Below are positions 60,075 to 64,000 of a stretch of 64,000 nt of DNA, piece after piece. The stretch is taken from positions 32,001 through 96,000 of the IMG/VR virus record IMGVR_UViG_3300044475_000063; one strand, written 5' to 3'. This stretch comes from a virus. Every line of letters starts with the position of its first letter. Within the stretch, counting starts at the first letter, position 1. Position numbers and translations under genes: made by a program. The notes beneath the pieces are model-generated. The model had not been told where the DNA came from. It did not search any database and saw only the letters and a list, made by a program, of their open reading frames with translations.

Positions 60075-60102
60075 GCCCTGAATCCTATCAGGGCGTTTTT
60101 TT
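60075..60102 (+). terminator. rho-independent terminator closing the RNA island
   Basis: GCCCTGA-ATCCTA-TCAGGGC followed by GTTTTTTT. Confidence 0.8.
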
Positions 60103-60176
60103 GTCTAAAACGCCGCATTCAATTGCCGCATTAAGCCGCAAAAGCCGCACCATGCAAAATGCGCTAATATAGCGGC

Positions 60177-60755
60177 ATGGGACGAAAATCAGCACTCACG
60201 CCCGAGCAATGGGCAACCGTACAGCACCGCCATATCGTAGGCGGTGAATCTATTCGCATGCTTGCAAAAGAGTTCGGAGTCAACGAATCATCCATGCGCC
60301 GCAAGATCGGGCCTAAAGTGGTTGAGGCTGGCGAGACAGAGGACTTGCGAGAGCTAGCAGGGCGAAAAGCAAGAATCGACAGCGAGGCAAAGCGTATCAG
60401 CGCAGAGATTGAAGCGTTGCCGATTGCTAAGCAAATGATTGTTTCCGATCTGGCGCGTAAGCTGGGTGCGATCACAATGCACCTAAGCTCGTCAGGCGAA
60501 TATATGTCCTCATTGGTTCATCGCGTTACTGGTATTGCTTGCGGGCTATCCGAAAAGATTGATGACGCTGACCCAATGAAAAGCATTGACGTGCTTAAGC
60601 AAATTTCAAGCTTGGTTCACCTTGCTAACGAATCCTCGCAAATTCCTATGAACTTGATTAAGGCGAATAAGGAAACGATTGACGCTATGAGCGAAGCAGC
60701 AGAAGGCAATAGCTCGCGCCCAACAGCGCCGGTCTATCAGATCGTCCACGAATGA
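60177..60755 (+). CDS. terS: terminase small subunit (HTH type), unrelated to copy A TerS
   Basis: N-terminal HTH (ESIRMLAKEFGVNESSMRRKI), coiled-coil middle. Overlaps the TerL start. Confidence 0.65.
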   Translation: MGRKSALTPEQWATVQHRHIVGGESIRMLAKEFGVNESSMRRKIGPKVVEAGETEDLRELAGRKARIDSEAKRISAEIEALPIAKQMIVSDLARKLGAITMHLSSSGEYMSSLVHRVTGIACGLSEKIDDADPMKSIDVLKQISSLVHLANESSQIPMNLIKANKETIDAMSEAAEGNSSRPTAPVYQIVHE

Positions 60756-62185
60756 GCGCTATTGAGATTTTCCCGGCGTATGAGGAATATCTGCAGCCGG
60801 CTCGCTTCAAGGTTGCATACGGCGGGCGCGGATCGGCTAAAACGCGCACATTCGTAACCATTCTTCTAAGCAACGTCCTGCATTTTGGCTGGCGAGTTGT
60901 TGCTTTTAGGGAGTTAATGGAAAGCATCGAGGACTCAGTTTATCAAGAAGTGGTTGCAGAGATTACGCGCCGCGAGTGGGATAAATGGTTTGACGTGCTT
61001 AAGACAGAGATTCGCTGTCCTGTCAGCGGTGGTGTATTCAAGTTCTCAGGCATTAAATCGAGCGCTAAGCGCCTCAACAGCCAAAAGCTTAAGGGTTTCT
61101 CAGACTTTGATGCCGCATGGCTGGAGGAGGCCAATCCTGTGTCTGTCGAGTCATGGAATGCGCTCATTCCTACCATGCGTAAGCCGGGTTCAGAAATTTT
61201 CGTATCCTTTAACCCGGAAAACCCACTTGAGGAAACCTATAAGCGGTTTGTGACTGAGCGCAAATACCCTGATTACTTGGGTGGAAAGCGCTATTGCATA
61301 GTCAAAAAGCTGAATTACGATGCAAACCCGCGATTCCCTCAAGAGTTGCGCGACGACATGGAGTTAATGAAGGCGACGGACTTTGAAATGTACCGTCACG
61401 TCTATTTGGGTGAGCCTGTGAGCAATTCTGACTTGTCGATCATCAAGCCGATATGGATTGAAGCGGCAATGGATGCGCACCTGCACATTGCGGACTTCCC
61501 TATGGGAGGCGGCAAGATCGGCGGATTTGACGTATCTGGAGGCGTTGAGGGGGATATTGCAACACCCAAGGCAAACGATCCAAACGCCTTTGCATGGCGT
61601 CATGGCTGCATCCTGCAATCGCTTGAGGAATGGCATGACGAAGACCCTAATCGCGCCGCTGCGACGTGTTATGAGCATGCATATCGCTCTCAAGTGGACA
61701 CGCTCAATATTGACGATATTGGCGTTGGTGCCTCTGTTCCTGGCGAACTAAGGCGCTTGCAGGGCGAAGCCTATGCAAAGAGCGTTAAGATCAAGCAGAT
61801 CAATTTCCACGGCTGGACAGCATCCGAAGGACCGCAAGACCCTGATGCAGAGTACATGCCGGGTAAAACGAACTTTGATATGTTCGCCAACCTCAAGGCG
61901 CAGGGATGGGGAACGCTGGCAGATCGCTTTAGGGCAACTTGGCAAGCGCGTAACGGTCTGCCATACGACAAAGACAAGCTAATCAGCCTGCCTAGTGGTT
62001 TGTCTCTTGTTGACAAGCTTAAGGCAGAACTAGCCCAGCCGCGACGCGAGATTATCAATGGACGATTCAAGGTAGAAGGCAAGAAAAAGCTCAAAGAGCG
62101 CGGCATCCCATCGCACAACTTGGCCGATGCGGTTGTTATGGCATTTGCGCCGGGTGATAGCTTTGATCTATCAGCACTGATATGA
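60752..62185 (+). CDS. terL: terminase large subunit (PBSX/XtmB-like), unrelated to copy A TerL
   Basis: Walker A YGGRGSAKT near the N-terminus, DAAWLEEA Walker B. 477 aa directly upstream of the portal. Confidence 0.8.
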   Translation: MSAIEIFPAYEEYLQPARFKVAYGGRGSAKTRTFVTILLSNVLHFGWRVVAFRELMESIEDSVYQEVVAEITRREWDKWFDVLKTEIRCPVSGGVFKFSGIKSSAKRLNSQKLKGFSDFDAAWLEEANPVSVESWNALIPTMRKPGSEIFVSFNPENPLEETYKRFVTERKYPDYLGGKRYCIVKKLNYDANPRFPQELRDDMELMKATDFEMYRHVYLGEPVSNSDLSIIKPIWIEAAMDAHLHIADFPMGGGKIGGFDVSGGVEGDIATPKANDPNAFAWRHGCILQSLEEWHDEDPNRAAATCYEHAYRSQVDTLNIDDIGVGASVPGELRRLQGEAYAKSVKIKQINFHGWTASEGPQDPDAEYMPGKTNFDMFANLKAQGWGTLADRFRATWQARNGLPYDKDKLISLPSGLSLVDKLKAELAQPRREIINGRFKVEGKKKLKERGIPSHNLADAVVMAFAPGDSFDLSALI

Positions 62186-62233
62186 TTAATTAAATAGGAT
62201 ATATAATTGATTTATTGAATATCGGGATTAATC

Positions 62234-63592
62234 ATGGCACGAACTAAAGGCGCACTCGGCAAAAAGACATTGGAGCGAATGCAGCAAGGCGGAGGTGTAA
62301 CTGTAACAGACTCATATGCTGAGGTCTTTACGGGCGCAGGGACAAATCGGGACCGTAGCAGCTACACGCGCATTGCCCGCACCGCCATGCTGCAACAGAT
62401 GGAATGCTCTCTGCTGTACTTGGGCGACGGCTTTGCGCGCAAGATTGTGGACGTGCCAGCAGAGGAAATGACGCGCTCCGGGCTTGAGCTTGAGGATTTG
62501 GAGGACGAGGAACTAGAGCAGTTCGTCATGGCGCGGCTTGATGATCTGGACGCCATGCGGCACTTTAATGATGCTGTGGCGTGGTCTAGGCTGCATGGCG
62601 GCGCGGTGATGATCTTCGGCCTGAATGATGGAGGCACGCTTGACGTTCCGCTTAATCCAGATGGAATCAAGAGCGTTGAATTCCTCCGAGTTTATGACCG
62701 CTGGCAAGCGACTATCCAGACCCGCGTGACCGATCCGAGCAGCCCGGACTATGGAAAGCCTGATATTTGGCTCATTTCTCCGCTCGATGGTGCGCAACCG
62801 TACAAAGTGCATAACTCGCGCCTTTGGATGTTTGACGGCGACCGCATTCCCGATTTTGACCGCAATGCTAATCAAGGCTGGGGTGCATCGGCGCTACAAG
62901 CTTGCCAAGATCAGCTTAAGCGCCTCGGAATGGGCCATCAATGGACGCTGGCTATCCTTGAGCGTGCGCAACAGGCTGTGCATAAGATTCCGAATCTCGC
63001 GCAGACATTGCAAGCGCCAGGAGGTGAAGCACTGGTACGCAAGCGCGTTGACGTCGTTGACATGGTGCGTGGCATCCTGAATACCATCGTTGTAGACGAA
63101 AAGGAAGCATACGAAGTCACCACGGCCACGCTAACGGGCTATACGGACGTGCTAGACCGATTTGCGGAGGCACTGGCGGCTGTATCGGGCATTCCAGTGT
63201 CCATCCTCATGGGGCGCTCGCAGGGAGGCTTAAGCAATACCGAAAAAGGCACCATGGATGCTTGGTACGCTCGTATCGAATCGATGTGGAATGACATTCT
63301 GCGCAAGCCGCAAGATCGCCTGATTCAGTACATCATGATTGCGCAACAAGGCGAAGCGCCGGACTATAAGCTGTGCATGAAGCCTTTGAGCGTTCTCAGT
63401 GAGCAGGAAGAAGCCGATGTGGAACTGAAAGAGGCGCAAACTTGCAAAGCCCGCGCAGAGGCTGAGAGCATCCGAATTGCTGATGGCGTACTCGATCCGC
63501 TGGAAGTGCGCGAAACGCTCAAGGATGATTATCCTCTGTTCTCCACGCCACCAGAGCCGCCAGAAGCACCAGAGGTAACTAATGGCATCTAA
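62234..63592 (+). CDS. portal protein (DUF1073/HI1409-like)
   Basis: Core nearly identical to 11842-13197. The termini differ. Confidence 0.85.
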   Translation: MARTKGALGKKTLERMQQGGGVTVTDSYAEVFTGAGTNRDRSSYTRIARTAMLQQMECSLLYLGDGFARKIVDVPAEEMTRSGLELEDLEDEELEQFVMARLDDLDAMRHFNDAVAWSRLHGGAVMIFGLNDGGTLDVPLNPDGIKSVEFLRVYDRWQATIQTRVTDPSSPDYGKPDIWLISPLDGAQPYKVHNSRLWMFDGDRIPDFDRNANQGWGASALQACQDQLKRLGMGHQWTLAILERAQQAVHKIPNLAQTLQAPGGEALVRKRVDVVDMVRGILNTIVVDEKEAYEVTTATLTGYTDVLDRFAEALAAVSGIPVSILMGRSQGGLSNTEKGTMDAWYARIESMWNDILRKPQDRLIQYIMIAQQGEAPDYKLCMKPLSVLSEQEEADVELKEAQTCKARAEAESIRIADGVLDPLEVRETLKDDYPLFSTPPEPPEAPEVTNGI

Positions 63593-64000
63593 GACCCGCG
63601 CTTGGTTGTATCCTCACACAGCCGAGCGCAATTACCAGCGAATGCTAACCGCCTACGTGGACGAGTTCACGAAGGAGGGATTGGCGCATCTGAAAGAGCT
63701 TGAATTGCTGCGCATGGATGGTTGGAGCGATGATCTGACAAATGCTATTCTTTACATTCTGCAAACTGCGCTCACGGCAGGGCAAAGGGTAATCGCACGT
63801 CTGCCCGAAGTCTACGCGCAGGTCAACCAGTTCAATGACCGACAGTTTCGGCTAGTGGTCAAGGCTGGCACAGGTCTAGAGATTGGGCCTAGCGGACGAT
63901 TGCCGCCCGGTTCTGTGCCATTCGGTAACGTATCCGACCCGCGCTTGATTCGAGCACGTTTCGGTGTAGGCGTGGACGTTTATCGCTCCGAACCTTGGTT
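63582..64000 (+). CDS. head morphogenesis protein (Mu F-like), 5' partial
   Basis: MASKTRAWLYPHTAERNYQ aligns with MAKQWLYPHAQERQLD of 13190-14203. Runs off the window. Confidence 0.65.
   Translation, partial: MASKTRAWLYPHTAERNYQRMLTAYVDEFTKEGLAHLKELELLRMDGWSDDLTNAILYILQTALTAGQRVIARLPEVYAQVNQFNDRQFRLVVKAGTGLEIGPSGRLPPGSVPFGNVSDPRLIRARFGVGVDVYRSEPW

Larger units (their letters stand above)
37074..64000. mobile_element. Related phage genome copy B (partial): early-left arm, control region, early-right genes, RNA island, packaging. Continues past the window.
   Basis: Many genes are homologous to copy A at an offset of about 49-51 kb, but not identical. Several modules are replaced. Confidence 0.8.

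Overview
The window is essentially all tailed-phage DNA from a Gram-negative host, judged by the Rz/Rz1-type spanin pair. It holds two related but non-identical copies of the same roughly 50 kb genome type, arranged head to tail. Copy A (1-37099) carries early-right genes, tRNA-Gly, a short structured-RNA region, TerS/TerL, a DUF1073-type portal, MuF, scaffold, capsid, a contractile tail (sheath, tube, G/GT chaperone, tape measure, baseplate, fibres) and a lysis cassette. Copy B (37074-64000) starts with a leftward early arm on the minus strand (ERF-like annealase, exonuclease, DUF1351-like and NinB-like genes plus many unknowns). It continues with a divergent promoter region, rightward early genes (methyltransferase, NinG-like, HNH, replication genes), a 1.9 kb non-coding RNA island, a different terminase pair, and a near-identical portal. 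No integrase, transposase, att pair, CRISPR array or CI/S24-type repressor is visible. The most unusual content is RNA. (1) Copy B has a 1.9 kb ORF-free island (58235-60102) upstream of the terminase. It contains two canonical tRNAs, several tRNA-like T-arm/acceptor modules with very long structured insertions, and conserved stem-rich modules. Copy A has a reduced version (8575-9001). (2) A structured element of about 0.5 kb occurs twice in copy B: on the plus strand in the island (59461-59974) and on the minus strand upstream of the annealase gene (47105-47685). The two copies share three 17-21 nt identical blocks in the same order and a closing helix that differs in sequence but stays complementary. 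I cannot assign these to any RNA class by eye. Other accessory loci: a reverse-strand two-gene cassette between TerL and portal (copy A only) encoding a 115-residue strict (Gly-X)n protein built from hexanucleotide repeats; a reverse-strand nine-gene island inside the head module; an SGNH-esterase gene after the capsid gene; a promoter-hairpin-terminator sRNA candidate upstream of an antirepressor; and poly-G tracts in a glycine-rich fibre-region gene. All family names come from motif recognition by eye. No database search was run.
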